NCBI GenBank assembly: GCA_963666565.1
Contig: OY762911.1
Span: 4,512,001-4,576,000, forward strand
Length of the DNA: 64,000 nt
Reading direction: 5' to 3'
Source of the DNA: Thermoanaerobaculia bacterium
Lineage (GTDB): Bacteria; Acidobacteriota; Thermoanaerobaculia; Multivoradales; Multivoraceae
In this document: one piece after another, positions 45,213 through 55,327 of the stretch
Layout: each line of letters opens with the position of its first letter
How positions within the stretch are numbered: the stretch's first letter is position 1
Notes under the pieces: generated by a model
The model's database searches: none
Seen by the model: only the letters and a program-made list of their open reading frames with translations
What the model was told of the DNA's origin: nothing
Position numbers and translations under genes: made by a program

Positions 45213-45947
45213 ATGCTCGATCTGCGTGTCCGGCGGTCAGGCGCCGCTCTCGCAGCGGCCGCTCTGGCGGCGGCCGCCCTTCTCGTTGGCGCGGCGCCTT
45301 CGGCCGCCGCCGAGTTCAGCGTCAGCGGCACGGTCAGCTACGTGGGGGAACCGCTCAGGCGTTTCCCGTTGCGGATGGACGCCGACCCGAACTGCGCGGC
45401 GATGTACGAAGGCAAGCGCGTCCTCTCGCGCGACAGCCTGGTCGGCGACGACGGCGCGGTAGCGAACGTCTTCGTCTACCTGCAGGAGGCGCCCGAAGGC
45501 GCCGCCGGCGACCGGCCCGAGGAAGCCGTCCGGCTGGAGCAGCGCGGCTGCCTCTACACGCCGCGGATCATCGGCGTCCGCGTCGAGCAGGACATCGAGA
45601 TCGTCAACGACGACCCGACTCTCCACAACGTCCGCGCCCTGGCCAGGGCGAACCGCCCGTTCAACATCGGTCAGCCCGCCCGCGGCACGAGGACGAAGTC
45701 CTTCCGCGCGCCGGAGAAGCCGATTCAGGTCAAGTGCGACGTCCATCCCTGGATGTCCGCCTACGTCTTCGTCATGGAGCACTCGTTCCACTCGACCACC
45801 GGCCGCGACGGCAGGTACCGGATCGACGGACTTCCCGCCGGCTCGCACGAACTCGTGTTCTGGCACGAGAAGCTCGGCGAACAGGTCGTCGAAGTCGAAG
45901 TCGCCGCCGACGTCGAGGACCTGGACCTCACCTTCGAAGGCGAGTAA
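45213..45947 (+). CDS. Secreted cupredoxin-like / carboxypeptidase-regulatory-like domain protein
   Basis: Signal peptide; QRGCLYTP, NDDPTLHNV, KCDVHPWM and WHEKLG motifs. Confidence 0.75.
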   Translation: MLDLRVRRSGAALAAAALAAAALLVGAAPSAAAEFSVSGTVSYVGEPLRRFPLRMDADPNCAAMYEGKRVLSRDSLVGDDGAVANVFVYLQEAPEGAAGDRPEEAVRLEQRGCLYTPRIIGVRVEQDIEIVNDDPTLHNVRALARANRPFNIGQPARGTRTKSFRAPEKPIQVKCDVHPWMSAYVFVMEHSFHSTTGRDGRYRIDGLPAGSHELVFWHEKLGEQVVEVEVAADVEDLDLTFEGE

Positions 45948-45976
45948 GTGCCGGCCTCCTTCCACACCACGGGTTG

Positions 45977-46396
45977 ATGCCCTACGGCGTCCGGAAGATC
46001 GGAGGCGTCGGTCCCGCAGTTGCCGCCAGGCTGGCGCAGGCCGGAATCCGGACCTCGGACGGTCTCCTGGCCGCCTGCCCCGACCGCCGCGAGCGCCGCC
46101 GCCTGTCGGAACGGACGGGGCTGCCCGAGCGCCAGATACAGCGGTTCGTCAACCGTGCCGACCTGATGCGGATTCGCGGCGTCGGCGGGGACTTCGCGGA
46201 GCTGCTCGTCGCCTCGGGCGTCCGCACCGTGCGCGACCTGAGCCGCCGCAGGTCGCTCAACCTCGCGCTGAAGATGAGCGCCGTGAACGCGGACAGGAAG
46301 CTGAGCCGGCGCGCGCCGTCGCCGTCCATGGTCGAGCGCTGGATCGCCAACGCGCAGGAGCTGAAGGAGGCGGCCGGCCGAGGCCGCCCTGGCTGA
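45977..46396 (+). CDS. DUF4332 (helix-hairpin-helix) protein
   Basis: IGGVGP..A.RL..AGI and ADLMRIRGVG..FAELL..SGV motifs. Confidence 0.8.
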   Translation: MPYGVRKIGGVGPAVAARLAQAGIRTSDGLLAACPDRRERRRLSERTGLPERQIQRFVNRADLMRIRGVGGDFAELLVASGVRTVRDLSRRRSLNLALKMSAVNADRKLSRRAPSPSMVERWIANAQELKEAAGRGRPG

Positions 46397-47643
46397 TGGC
46401 GGACGGGCGACCCCTCGGCATCGGTTTCGTCGGCAGCGGCTTCATCGCCCGCTTCCATGTCCGTTCGTGGACCGCGGTCCGGGGCGCCGACATCCGGGGC
46501 GTCTGGAGCCCGAACATCGAGAGCGCCGAGTCCGCGGCGGCGCTCGCCCGCGAACTCGACGTCGGCGACGCCAGGGCATTCGAGTCGATCGCGGCGATGG
46601 TCGAGGACGATTCGGTGGACGCGATCTGGATCTGCGGCCGCAACGACCGCCGGATCGAGAACATGGAGGAGATCGCGGAGGCCGTCGCCGGTGGACGCGG
46701 CCATCTGGTCGGCGTCGCCTGCGAAAAGCCGCTCGCCCGGAACGCGGGCGAAGCGCTGCGGATGGTCGAACTCGCGCGCGAGATCGGCGTCCTCGACGGC
46801 TACCTGGAGAACCAGGTGTTCAGCCCCGCCGTGGTCCGCGGCCGCGAACTGGCCTGGGAGCGCGGCGCGCGGGCGGCCGGGCGGCCGTACCTGGCGCGCG
46901 CGGCCGAGGAGCACTCGGGCCCGCACAACGCCTGGTTCTGGCAGGGCGAACTCCAGGGCGGCGGCGTACTGAACGACATGATGTGCCACTCGGTCGAGGC
47001 GGCGCGCTTCCTGCTGACCGAACCGGGCAAGCCGCGGAGCAGCCTGACCCCGAAGCGGGTCCACGCGCAGATCCACTGCCTGAAGTGGCAGCGTCCCGAG
47101 TACGCCCGCAAGCTGCGCGACGAGTACGGAGACGCCGTCGACTACGCGCGGCGGCCCGCCGAGGACTTCGCCCGCGCGATGGTCGAGTACGAAGACGAGA
47201 ACGGCACGCCGCTGGTGGTGGAAGCGACGACCTCGTGGAGCTACGTGGGCGCCGGCCTGCGCCTGTCGATGGAACTGCTCGGGCCGGAGTACTCGATGCG
47301 GGCGAACAGCCTCGACACGGAGCTCGAGCTCTTCTTCAGCCGCGACCTGGTTCAGCGAAGCGGCGAGGACCTGGTGGAGAAGCAGAACGCCGAGATGGGC
47401 CTCATGCCCGTGCTGCCGAACGAGCCGGCCGCCTACGGCTACGACGCCGAGAACCGGCACATGGTCGAGAGCTTCCGCCGCGGCGTGCGGCCGCGGGAGA
47501 CCTTCGAAGACGGCCTGGAGGTCACCCGGCTGCTGATGGCCGCCTACATGAGCGCCGAACTCGGCCGGGCCGTCGAGTATCCGCCCGAGGGCCTCGACGA
47601 GTTCGTGCCGGCGGTCGCCCGCGGCGACTGGAACCCCGCGTAG
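46396..47643 (+). CDS. Gfo/Idh/MocA family oxidoreductase
   Basis: GFVGSGFIA, CEKP and GGGVLNDMMCH motifs. Confidence 0.9.
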   Translation: MADGRPLGIGFVGSGFIARFHVRSWTAVRGADIRGVWSPNIESAESAAALARELDVGDARAFESIAAMVEDDSVDAIWICGRNDRRIENMEEIAEAVAGGRGHLVGVACEKPLARNAGEALRMVELAREIGVLDGYLENQVFSPAVVRGRELAWERGARAAGRPYLARAAEEHSGPHNAWFWQGELQGGGVLNDMMCHSVEAARFLLTEPGKPRSSLTPKRVHAQIHCLKWQRPEYARKLRDEYGDAVDYARRPAEDFARAMVEYEDENGTPLVVEATTSWSYVGAGLRLSMELLGPEYSMRANSLDTELELFFSRDLVQRSGEDLVEKQNAEMGLMPVLPNEPAAYGYDAENRHMVESFRRGVRPRETFEDGLEVTRLLMAAYMSAELGRAVEYPPEGLDEFVPAVARGDWNPA

Positions 47644-47652
47644 GTACCCCCT

Positions 47653-47819
47653 GGGTGCGCGGGTCTTCCGACCCGCTGCCGCCGGAGGCGGCCGAAAGAA
47701 GGCACCGGCCGTCAAGCCAGCTCCGCCATCGTCGCCGGCCTTCCGGCTGGCGGCCTTGTCTTCCGGGCTGCGCCGCCGCGCGGCTTCGCCCGTGAGCGGG
47801 TCGGAAGACCCGCGCACCC
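47653..47819. repeat. REPIN-like inverted REP doublet
   Basis: REP on + (47653-47693) and on - (47796-47819), between convergent genes. Confidence 0.8.
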
Positions 47820-47828
47820 AGCAGGCGC

Positions 47829-49025
47829 CTACTCCCCCACCTCGTAGTAGTCGACGAAGCCGATCATCATCTCGTCCGTCGTCTCCCGTCCCCAGGACAC
47901 GTTACGGGTCGGATCGGGGTTCCGCGGATTGCCGGCGCTGTTGTCGTAGGTCGCCGTACAGCGCAGCTTCGTGCCGGCGGGCATCGGCTTCGGCTCAGTC
48001 AGGCGGTAGGTGGTCTGCCAGTCGAAGTCATAGCCCTCGACGCGCAGCAGGATCTCGGCGCGGCCGTCCGGGTACTCCGCCCGAAACTCGAACGTGTCGC
48101 CACGCAGGTGCATGTGCGGCCTGAGCGACAGCAGCCGGGCGGCGCGCGGGAAGTTCAGCTCGGCCTCGAACCTGACGTCCCGTTCGCCCGCCGGAATCCA
48201 CAGGAAGGGCGTCGAGCAGAGCGCCGTGAAGGACTCGTGGCGAGGCGGCTCGGCGGCCAGGATCAGGCCGATCCGGCTCCGGTCCGTCTCTTCCCTTCCC
48301 GTCGGCGTGTAGTGCATCTGGAAGTCGAGCACGGCGCCGGCCGGCAGCCGGCGGCCGACCCCCGGCGGCATGACGAGGGGCCCGGTGCCCGGCGCGTAGC
48401 CGCCGAGATCTCCCGCCGTGCGCGGATCGCCGCCGAGACTTTCGCGGACGGCGCCCGCACCGGGGAATGCCTGCACGATGACGTGATGGACCACGGCCGG
48501 GTTGCCGGGCCGCGTCTCCGCCGCCTGGATCCACACGTCCTCGGTCAGACCCGTTTCCACGCGGTAGCCGTGGTACGGAACGTCACCGGCCGCGGGCACC
48601 GTCACGTCTTCCGGCAGTTCGAAGACGAGATCGGGAACGCCGATGCTCCAGGAAGGAACGGGCCGTTCCACCGCCACCGCCTCCGGCGACGCCGATCCGG
48701 GCAGGCTGCCGCCATCGATCCAGGCCAGCAGCTTCGCTTTCTCCGACGCCGGCAGGCGCCGCTCGTTCGCGAACTCGCCGTAGCGCGGGTCGGCCTGCCA
48801 GGGAGGCATCGCCCCCGAGGCGACAGCGCGGCGGATCGAGGACGACCAGGCGCGCGCCTGCTCGAACGTCCGCAGCGCGAACGGCGCAGGACCGCCCTCC
48901 GTGTGACAACCGGCGCAGCGACTCCAGAACACTCCCGCGACCGCGTCGAAGTCGACCGCGGTCGCCGGCTGGGCGAGTGCCGTCAGGCCGAACCAGAGCG
49001 CGGCCGCACCGGACCCGGCGTTCAG
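47829..49025 (-). CDS. Secreted heme-c (CxxCH) plus copper type II monooxygenase-like protein; start non-canonical (CTG assumed)
   Basis: CAGCH, MPPW, VVHHVIV, QMHY, PHMHLRG, YDFDWQ and DEMM motifs. Confidence 0.7.
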   Translation of the reverse strand: MNAGSGAAALWFGLTALAQPATAVDFDAVAGVFWSRCAGCHTEGGPAPFALRTFEQARAWSSSIRRAVASGAMPPWQADPRYGEFANERRLPASEKAKLLAWIDGGSLPGSASPEAVAVERPVPSWSIGVPDLVFELPEDVTVPAAGDVPYHGYRVETGLTEDVWIQAAETRPGNPAVVHHVIVQAFPGAGAVRESLGGDPRTAGDLGGYAPGTGPLVMPPGVGRRLPAGAVLDFQMHYTPTGREETDRSRIGLILAAEPPRHESFTALCSTPFLWIPAGERDVRFEAELNFPRAARLLSLRPHMHLRGDTFEFRAEYPDGRAEILLRVEGYDFDWQTTYRLTEPKPMPAGTKLRCTATYDNSAGNPRNPDPTRNVSWGRETTDEMMIGFVDYYEVGE

Positions 49026-50392
49026 GGCCCGCTCGCGCCGTCCGCCTGATTCGTGATCCGGTACAGCTTGCTCCGGGTGCGGATGTAGAGGCTGCCGTCG
49101 GCGATGGCCGGCGTCGACATGGCCATCTCGTCGAGCGAGTTCTTGCCCACGACCTGGAACTCGTCGCCGGCCTCGATCACGAACGTGTCGCCGTCCTCGC
49201 TGAGCACGAAGATCTTGCCGTTGTAGGCCCACGGAGACGCCGTGAAGGCGCCCGAGCCGCGCTCGATGCGCTGCTTGCCGTAGATCTCGGCGCCGGTCTT
49301 CGGATCGTGCGCGGTGAAGAAGCCGCGGTCGAGCAGCGTGTAGAACCGGTCGCCGTAGATCAGCGGCGTCGGGTTGTAGGCGCCGGCCTGGGGCTGGTAC
49401 CAGACCACCCAGCGGTTGCTCTGCTGGTCCTTCTCGAGCGTGATATCGCCCTCGGCGCCCGGCTTGATCGCGTAGACCGGACGGACCTGATCGCCGATGT
49501 AGCCCGACGACACGTAGAGCAGGCCGTACTTCGAGAACGGCTGCGGGATCGCGATGGACGACATGCCGCCGAAGTACCACAGGAGGTTCCCCTCCTCGTC
49601 GTACGAGCGCACCTGGTCGGTGCCCGGCGTGATCACCTCGGTGCGAAGTTCGTTCTCCCACACGAAGGGGGTCGCCCAGTTGCTGCCCTCCTCGCGGGCG
49701 TCGCGCCAGAGTTCCTCTCCCGTCGCCGCGTCGAGGGCCATCAGGAAGGACTGGTCCTCGTTGTCGTTCACGACGTAGAGCTGCCCGTTGTGAACGACCG
49801 GCGACGCCGCCGTGCCCCAGCCGAAGCGGGTGCGGACAACCTCGAAGCGCCGTTCCCAGACCGGTTCGCCGTCGAGCGTGAAGGCGAAGACGCCGACGTT
49901 GCCGAAGTAGGCATAGATCCGCTCGCCGTCCGTCACCGGCGTCTCCGACGCGTACGTGTTCTTCAGGTGCCGCGGGAAGTCCGGCGCGCCGGCCAGCACC
50001 TCGCGCTCCCAGCACTTCTCGCCGGTATCGACCTGGAAGCAGTAGACCGACCAGTGGTGATCGTCGGCCGACGGCTGCATCCGGTTGCCGCCCATGTACA
50101 GACCCTTCTTCGGCTCCTCGACATCGCCCTCGCTCCACACGGTGGTCAGGAAGACGCGGTCGCCCTGCACGATGGGCGAGGACCATCCCAGACCCGGCAC
50201 GTCGACGACCCAGGCCACGTTCTCCGTGGCGCTCCAGGTCTCCGGCAGGCGGGGATCGTCGTCGGCGACGCTCATCGCGTCCGCGCCGCGGAAGGAGGGC
50301 CAGTTGTCGGTGGACGGCGGCGCGGCCAGCGCGGCGCCTGTAAAGTGAAGGGCGGCCGCGGCGGCCGCGAACACGGGTCGAAGTGCGCGCAT
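49022..50392 (-). CDS. PQQ-binding-like (BamB-like) beta-propeller protein
   Basis: Signal peptide; NWPSFRG, GWSSPIV, ASETPVTDG and TASP repeats. Confidence 0.85.
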   Translation of the reverse strand: MRALRPVFAAAAAALHFTGAALAAPPSTDNWPSFRGADAMSVADDDPRLPETWSATENVAWVVDVPGLGWSSPIVQGDRVFLTTVWSEGDVEEPKKGLYMGGNRMQPSADDHHWSVYCFQVDTGEKCWEREVLAGAPDFPRHLKNTYASETPVTDGERIYAYFGNVGVFAFTLDGEPVWERRFEVVRTRFGWGTAASPVVHNGQLYVVNDNEDQSFLMALDAATGEELWRDAREEGSNWATPFVWENELRTEVITPGTDQVRSYDEEGNLLWYFGGMSSIAIPQPFSKYGLLYVSSGYIGDQVRPVYAIKPGAEGDITLEKDQQSNRWVVWYQPQAGAYNPTPLIYGDRFYTLLDRGFFTAHDPKTGAEIYGKQRIERGSGAFTASPWAYNGKIFVLSEDGDTFVIEAGDEFQVVGKNSLDEMAMSTPAIADGSLYIRTRSKLYRITNQADGASGP

Positions 50393-50495
50393 CGGAGTCT
50401 CCAGGCGGAGGTGGCTATGGCGTGACGGGTGCGTTCGAGAGCGTGCGCCAGCTTAGCACCGGCAACGAGTGCCGGTGCGCGGGCTTGCCGGTGTC

Positions 50496-50535
50496 GGTGC
50501 GCGGGTCTTCTGACCCGCTGCCGCCGAAGGCGGCC
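50496..50535 (+). repeat. REP-like element (partial second copy at about 50474)
   Basis: Exact match to the consensus. Confidence 0.85.
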
Positions 50536-50572
50536 AACAAGACGCGCGCGGAGCGGCGACCGATCCGCCGCG

Positions 50573-51067
50573 CTACCTCTCGGACACGCGCCGCTCCAGG
50601 TCGAGCAGCGCCTGCTTCGTCGGCAGGCCGCCGCCGTAACCGACCAGCCGTCCGCCGCTGCCGATCACCCGGTGGCAGGGCACCACGACCGGCAACGGGT
50701 TCCTGCCGTTCGCCGCGCCCACCGCGCGCGATGCGGTCGGCTTGCCGATCCGCCCGGCAAGCTCGCCGTAGGAGATCGTCCGCCCGAACGGGATGCGCCG
50801 CAGTTCGTCCCACACCCGGAGCTGGAACTCCGTGCCGCGAGCCGCGAGCGGCAAGTCGAACTCCCGCCTGTCGCCGGCAAAGTACTCCTCGAGCTGCCGC
50901 TTCGTCTCCGCCAACGCGGGCGGCAGCGCGCCGTTCGCCGGTAGCCACGCCGGGTCCGGCGGCTCGGCCGCGCGGTTCGGCAACGCGATCTGGCCGATCG
51001 ACTCCTCGTCGCCGACGAGGCGGAGCGCGCCGATGGGTGTCTGGAAGTCGTGGAAGGTCATGGTCAT
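50573..51067 (-). CDS. ogt: Methylated-DNA--protein-cysteine methyltransferase
   Basis: GTEFQLRVW, IPFGRTISYG, RAVGAANGRNP and PCHRV motifs. Confidence 0.93.
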   Translation of the reverse strand: MTMTFHDFQTPIGALRLVGDEESIGQIALPNRAAEPPDPAWLPANGALPPALAETKRQLEEYFAGDRREFDLPLAARGTEFQLRVWDELRRIPFGRTISYGELAGRIGKPTASRAVGAANGRNPLPVVVPCHRVIGSGGRLVGYGGGLPTKQALLDLERRVSER

Positions 51068-51160
51068 CGGTCGGTTCTCCTTGAGGTCGGGGATCGGCGT
51101 AGTCCCTGACGCTGCTGTCCGGGGCGACCGACTCCATCGGGTTCGTTGCCAGCCCGCCGA

Positions 51161-51194
51161 TTACCCTATTGAACAACTCCGTTCAGTAGCGTAA
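51161..51194. promoter_or_regulatory. AT-rich inverted repeat upstream of ogt (operator-like)
   Basis: TTACCCTATTGAAC-N6-GTTCAGTAGCGTAA: 14 bp arms with 2 mismatches. Confidence 0.5.
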
Positions 51195-51278
51195 CTCTCC
51201 GTCTGGCGCCGAGTGGTACGCGGCCGCAGAAACCCGCGATCACTCCGGGCGCGTCCAGGCGGCCGCCGATCCGGAACG

Positions 51279-52202
51279 CTAGCCTCCGCCGGCCCAGCGC
51301 CACAACAGGATCGCGGCGTAGGCGCGTGCCGGTCGCCAGTTCTCGGCAATCGCCTCCAGTTCAGACGCGCTCGGCGGTTCGGCGGGGTTCGCCGCCTTGC
51401 GCAGGCCCAGGTCGCTGGCCGGAAACGCGTCTGCGTCGCCCAGTGCACGCATGGCGACGTACTCGACCGTCCACGGGCCGATGCCCTTGATCGCAAGCAG
51501 CCGCTCGCGGACCTCCGCCGGGTCGGCGTCCAGGCGCAGACGGCCGGCCGCCACCTCCGCCGCTGTCGCGCGTAGCGCCTCCGCGCGGGATGCGGGCAGG
51601 CCGATCGTCCGCAGATCGAACGCGGCGACCCGCTCCGGCGACGGGAAGGTGCGCTCCAGGCCAGGCGCTCGCAGCGATTCCGGCAGCTCCGCGCCCAGGG
51701 CGGCAACCAGCCGGCCAGCCAGCGTGCGGGCGCCGGCCACCGAGATCTGCTGCCCGAGGATCGCGCGCACGACGGTCTCGAAGCGGTCCCAGGCGCCCGG
51801 AATCCGCACGCTCGCGACTTCTCGGCTCAGTGCCGTGAACTCTGGCGCCGACCGGAGCGCTGCGGCGATGCGAACCGGATCCGCGTCGAGGTCGAAGAGC
51901 CGCCGTACTCGCCGCTCGACCTCTTCCTCAAGCAGCGATTCGAGGTCTTCGCCCGCATTGGCGTGGACTTCCGCCCGAATGCGGGAGCCGTCAAGGTCGA
52001 TCCGCAGGACCGCAGGTCTCGGGTCGCTTTCCGGCGGCCTCGCCCACAGCCGCGCGAGGTCGACCGTCCGGCGATAGAGCAGGCGCTCCACGTTGACGAC
52101 CTCTACACCCGCCAAGGCGCGGACCGCGAAGAACTCAAGCAGCCCTCGTACGTCGAACGGCCGCGGCCAAGGCGCTTCGTGAGAGCAGACGACGTGCGTC
52201 AT
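51279..52202 (-). CDS. alkA: DNA-3-methyladenine glycosylase II
   Basis: RIPGAWDRFE..VRAILGQQISV, HhH IKGIGPWT, DAFPASD and WRPARAYA motifs. Confidence 0.88.
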   Translation of the reverse strand: MTHVVCSHEAPWPRPFDVRGLLEFFAVRALAGVEVVNVERLLYRRTVDLARLWARPPESDPRPAVLRIDLDGSRIRAEVHANAGEDLESLLEEEVERRVRRLFDLDADPVRIAAALRSAPEFTALSREVASVRIPGAWDRFETVVRAILGQQISVAGARTLAGRLVAALGAELPESLRAPGLERTFPSPERVAAFDLRTIGLPASRAEALRATAAEVAAGRLRLDADPAEVRERLLAIKGIGPWTVEYVAMRALGDADAFPASDLGLRKAANPAEPPSASELEAIAENWRPARAYAAILLWRWAGGG

Positions 52203-52286
52203 CCAGGGTGCGAGCATAGTCGTCCGACACGCCCGATCCGCGATAGCCTCACCGCCCCCTGACCCCTCAACGACCGGAAACCGACC

Positions 52287-53435
52287 ATGACCGAACTCCC
52301 CGCCGACGGCCTCGCCCTCCGCTCCACGATCCGCTCCGACGACAAGGGCGGCGGCACCGTCGAACTCGCACTTGTCCGGGCGCCGGTGCCGGAACCCGGC
52401 CCGGAGCAGGTGGTCGTCCGGGTCGAGGCGGCGCCGATCAACCCGTCCGACCTGGGCGTGCTGTTCGGTCCCGCCGACGTCTCGGCCGTCCGCGCGTCGG
52501 ACGGCGAGCACGGTCCCGTCGTCGTGGCCGACATCCCGAAGGGCCTCGCGCGCCTGGTCGCGGGACGGCTCGATCAAGCAATACCGGCCGGCAACGAGGG
52601 GGCCGGCGTGGTCGTCGCCGCCGGTTCGTCGCCGGCCGCCCAGGCCCTGATCGGCCGAACGGTCGCCGTCCTCGGCGGCTCGATGTACGCGGAGTACCGG
52701 CTGGCCGAGGCCCGGCAGTGCCTGGCGCTGCACGAGGGCACGACGCCGGCCGAAGGCGCGTCGTGCTTCGTCAATCCGCTGACCGCCCTCGGGATGGTCG
52801 AGACGATGCGGCTCGAGGGCCACACGGCGCTGGTCCACACCGCGGCCGCCTCGAACCTCGGCCAGATGCTCCAGAAGATCTGCACCGCCGACGACGTGCC
52901 GCTGGTCAACGTCGTCCGGCGGGCGGAGCACCGGGAACTCCTGGCCGGTATCGGCGCAACCCACGTCGTGAACCTGAGCACCGAGACATTCATGGCGGAT
53001 CTCGTGGCCGCGATCGGGGACGCCGGCGCCACCCTCGGCTTCGACGCCACCGGCGGCGGCAAGCTGGCCGGCCAGATCCTGACCGCGATGGAGGCGGCGC
53101 TCTCCGCCAACGCCCCCGAGTACAGCCGCTACGGCTCGGCGACCCACAAGCAGGTCTACATCTACGGTGGGCTCGACCGCAGCCAGACCGTGCTCACCCG
53201 CAACTTCGGAATGGCCTGGGGCCTGGGCGGCTGGCTGCTGCCCCACTTCCTGCGCCGCATCGGCCACGAGGCCTCGGAACGGCTCCGGCAGCGGGTCGCC
53301 GACGAGATCAAGACGACGTTCGCGTCGAGCTACGCGAAGACGGTGACGTTGCGGGAGGCTCTGGACCCGGCGTCGATCGCGGTGTACGCGAGGCAGGCGA
53401 CCGGTGAGAAGTACCTGGTGACGCCGCACGGGTAG
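52287..53435 (+). CDS. MDR superfamily (quinone / enoyl reductase-like) oxidoreductase
   Basis: AAPINPSD, GNEGAG, FVNPLTA and HTAAASNLG motifs. Confidence 0.85.
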   Translation: MTELPADGLALRSTIRSDDKGGGTVELALVRAPVPEPGPEQVVVRVEAAPINPSDLGVLFGPADVSAVRASDGEHGPVVVADIPKGLARLVAGRLDQAIPAGNEGAGVVVAAGSSPAAQALIGRTVAVLGGSMYAEYRLAEARQCLALHEGTTPAEGASCFVNPLTALGMVETMRLEGHTALVHTAAASNLGQMLQKICTADDVPLVNVVRRAEHRELLAGIGATHVVNLSTETFMADLVAAIGDAGATLGFDATGGGKLAGQILTAMEAALSANAPEYSRYGSATHKQVYIYGGLDRSQTVLTRNFGMAWGLGGWLLPHFLRRIGHEASERLRQRVADEIKTTFASSYAKTVTLREALDPASIAVYARQATGEKYLVTPHG

Positions 53436-53480
53436 GCGGCTGCGCCAAGCGGCGCCGGCCTGACGGCCGGCTGTTCTCCT

Positions 53481-53520
53481 GGCCGCCTGCGGCGGCAGCG
53501 GGTCAGAAGACCCGCGCACC
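53481..53520 (-). repeat. REP-like element (long form from about 53450)
   Basis: Matches the consensus and shares the third hairpin with the copies at 15634, 56539 and 61819. Confidence 0.85.
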
Positions 53521-53570
53521 CGGTGCGAACGTCGACGTCCGGCGCCGCGGGGTAACTGAACTGCGACTCT

Positions 53571-54506
53571 CTACACGCGGCGATACGCCAGATCGCCCTC
53601 CATGTAGGTGAGGCAGAAGCGGTCCGGCTCGACGCCGCCGTTCGGGCTGCGGAACCACAGCGGGCGCCGGTAGAAGACCTCGCCGCCGAGCGACTCCGCG
53701 GCGCGCAGCAGGCTCTCTTCCGTGGTCAGGACGGTCGCCTCCGCGCAGCCTTCCCGGCCCAGCCGGTCGAGGATCGCGGCAAGCGCCAGGTCCGCGTCCT
53801 GTTCAAGCCAGGGCATGTGGACGATGCGGCCCGTGGGCGGGTCGTTGGCCCGGTTGACGTAGAGCAGGACGGGACCCAGCGGCTCGCCGGACCGTTCGAG
53901 GGTGAAGAGCAGGCCGTCGTGCTCCGGGCAGGCCGCCAGCCAGGCGAGGTGGCCCGGCTCGGCGAGGTTGACGAGCGTGCCCGCAGGCGGGGCCGGAGCG
54001 ACCGCCGCTGGCTCGTAAGCGCCAAGCGCCACACCGGGCTGCGCGGGGGCGACAGCAGCCGGCGACGCCGCCGTGCTCAGCCGCACCTCGAGCGCCTCGC
54101 CGACCTCGCGGAATCCGCGCATGACCAGCATCGCCTTCGTGGCCGCGGTGCCGCCGAGCACGACCTCGAAGTCCGTCTCGGGCGTGCGGCCGGCCAGCGG
54201 CACGCCCGCTCTGCCCCTCGATTCCGGCTCGACCATCCACAGCATCCGGTGAGCGCCCGTCGCCGTCCGGCCGTGGATCCGGTAGCGGCAGTGCAGCGAG
54301 GCCACGTGACCGACGACCCGTCCATGGCGTTCGGCGACGAGGGACTCGACCTCGGGTCCGTCTCCGTAACCGAACAGAAGCCAGCGCAGCACCTCCGGCT
54401 CGCGCCGGACGCCGTACACGGACTCGGTCAGGTCGGAGAGGCGAGGGAGTTCGCGCTCCCGAGTCGGTCGCAGGAGGATGTCCCGAACCGTGCGCACCCT
54501 GTCCAT
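53571..54506 (-). CDS. GNAT-fold protein
   Basis: GRVVGHV and WMVEPESRGRAG motifs. Confidence 0.6.
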   Translation of the reverse strand: MDRVRTVRDILLRPTRERELPRLSDLTESVYGVRREPEVLRWLLFGYGDGPEVESLVAERHGRVVGHVASLHCRYRIHGRTATGAHRMLWMVEPESRGRAGVPLAGRTPETDFEVVLGGTAATKAMLVMRGFREVGEALEVRLSTAASPAAVAPAQPGVALGAYEPAAVAPAPPAGTLVNLAEPGHLAWLAACPEHDGLLFTLERSGEPLGPVLLYVNRANDPPTGRIVHMPWLEQDADLALAAILDRLGREGCAEATVLTTEESLLRAAESLGGEVFYRRPLWFRSPNGGVEPDRFCLTYMEGDLAYRRV

Positions 54507-54517
54507 CGATCCGAAGG

Positions 54518-55327
54518 CTAGCGCCGCGCCGCCCGAAACGCCGCGTCGCGCTCGGCCCGCAGGCGCAGGCCCTCGCGGAACCGCTCGACGTTGGCTTCCG
54601 CGCGGCGGCGGAGCCGGCGGTACTTGAACTCGGCCTCCAGCAGCAGCAGTTCGTCCCAGCCCAGGCCCTCCTCCGTCCAGTGGTACTCGTGGGTGAGGAG
54701 CTGGATCCGGTCGTAGCGGTCGAGCAGGCGGGTCACCACGCCCTCGCGCCAGACCTGGGTGCTGTCCGAGAGGTACTTGATCCGCTCGAAGTACAGCGGG
54801 TCGTAGGCGTCGACCACGCCGGGAATCTCCAGAGTCCGGCCGGAGCGCATCGGCATGTGGGGACTCGCGGCCCGGATCTCCACGCCGAAGAACCCCTCCA
54901 TCAGAGAGATCGCGCGCCGCGCCAGTTCGACCGGATCGCCCCCCGAGCGTTCGAACAGGCCCAGGTCGTAGTGGAAGCCGAGGTCGTGCCCCAGGCCGAG
55001 GATCTGCTCGACCGCCTCCGCGCCGTCGGCCTCGAACAGGTTGTAGTCGGAACCGATCTGGACGAAGAAGGTCGAGCGGACGCCGGCGTCGTGATCGGCC
55101 CGCGCCAGGGTCAGCGCGGCGTCGAGGCTGAACTCGACGTCGTGGCGCATCAGGACGAAGCGCTCCACGTCCAGCAGCGCCTCGCCCATCGGCGCCGCCT
55201 CGCCGAACGAGAAGGTGCGGTGGGTCGAGACGATCCGCGCCAGGATCTCTCGGTAGTGATCGAGGGTGAAGTCCCCATCCGGATCGGCCGGGCGACCCGC
55301 TTTCCGTCCGGTCACGCCGGCTGCCAT
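54518..55327 (-). CDS. Polysaccharide deacetylase-like (NodB-fold) protein
   Basis: MRHDVE, STFFV, GHDLGFHYD, YLSDS and QLLTH motifs. Confidence 0.7.
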   Translation of the reverse strand: MAAGVTGRKAGRPADPDGDFTLDHYREILARIVSTHRTFSFGEAAPMGEALLDVERFVLMRHDVEFSLDAALTLARADHDAGVRSTFFVQIGSDYNLFEADGAEAVEQILGLGHDLGFHYDLGLFERSGGDPVELARRAISLMEGFFGVEIRAASPHMPMRSGRTLEIPGVVDAYDPLYFERIKYLSDSTQVWREGVVTRLLDRYDRIQLLTHEYHWTEEGLGWDELLLLEAEFKYRRLRRRAEANVERFREGLRLRAERDAAFRAARR

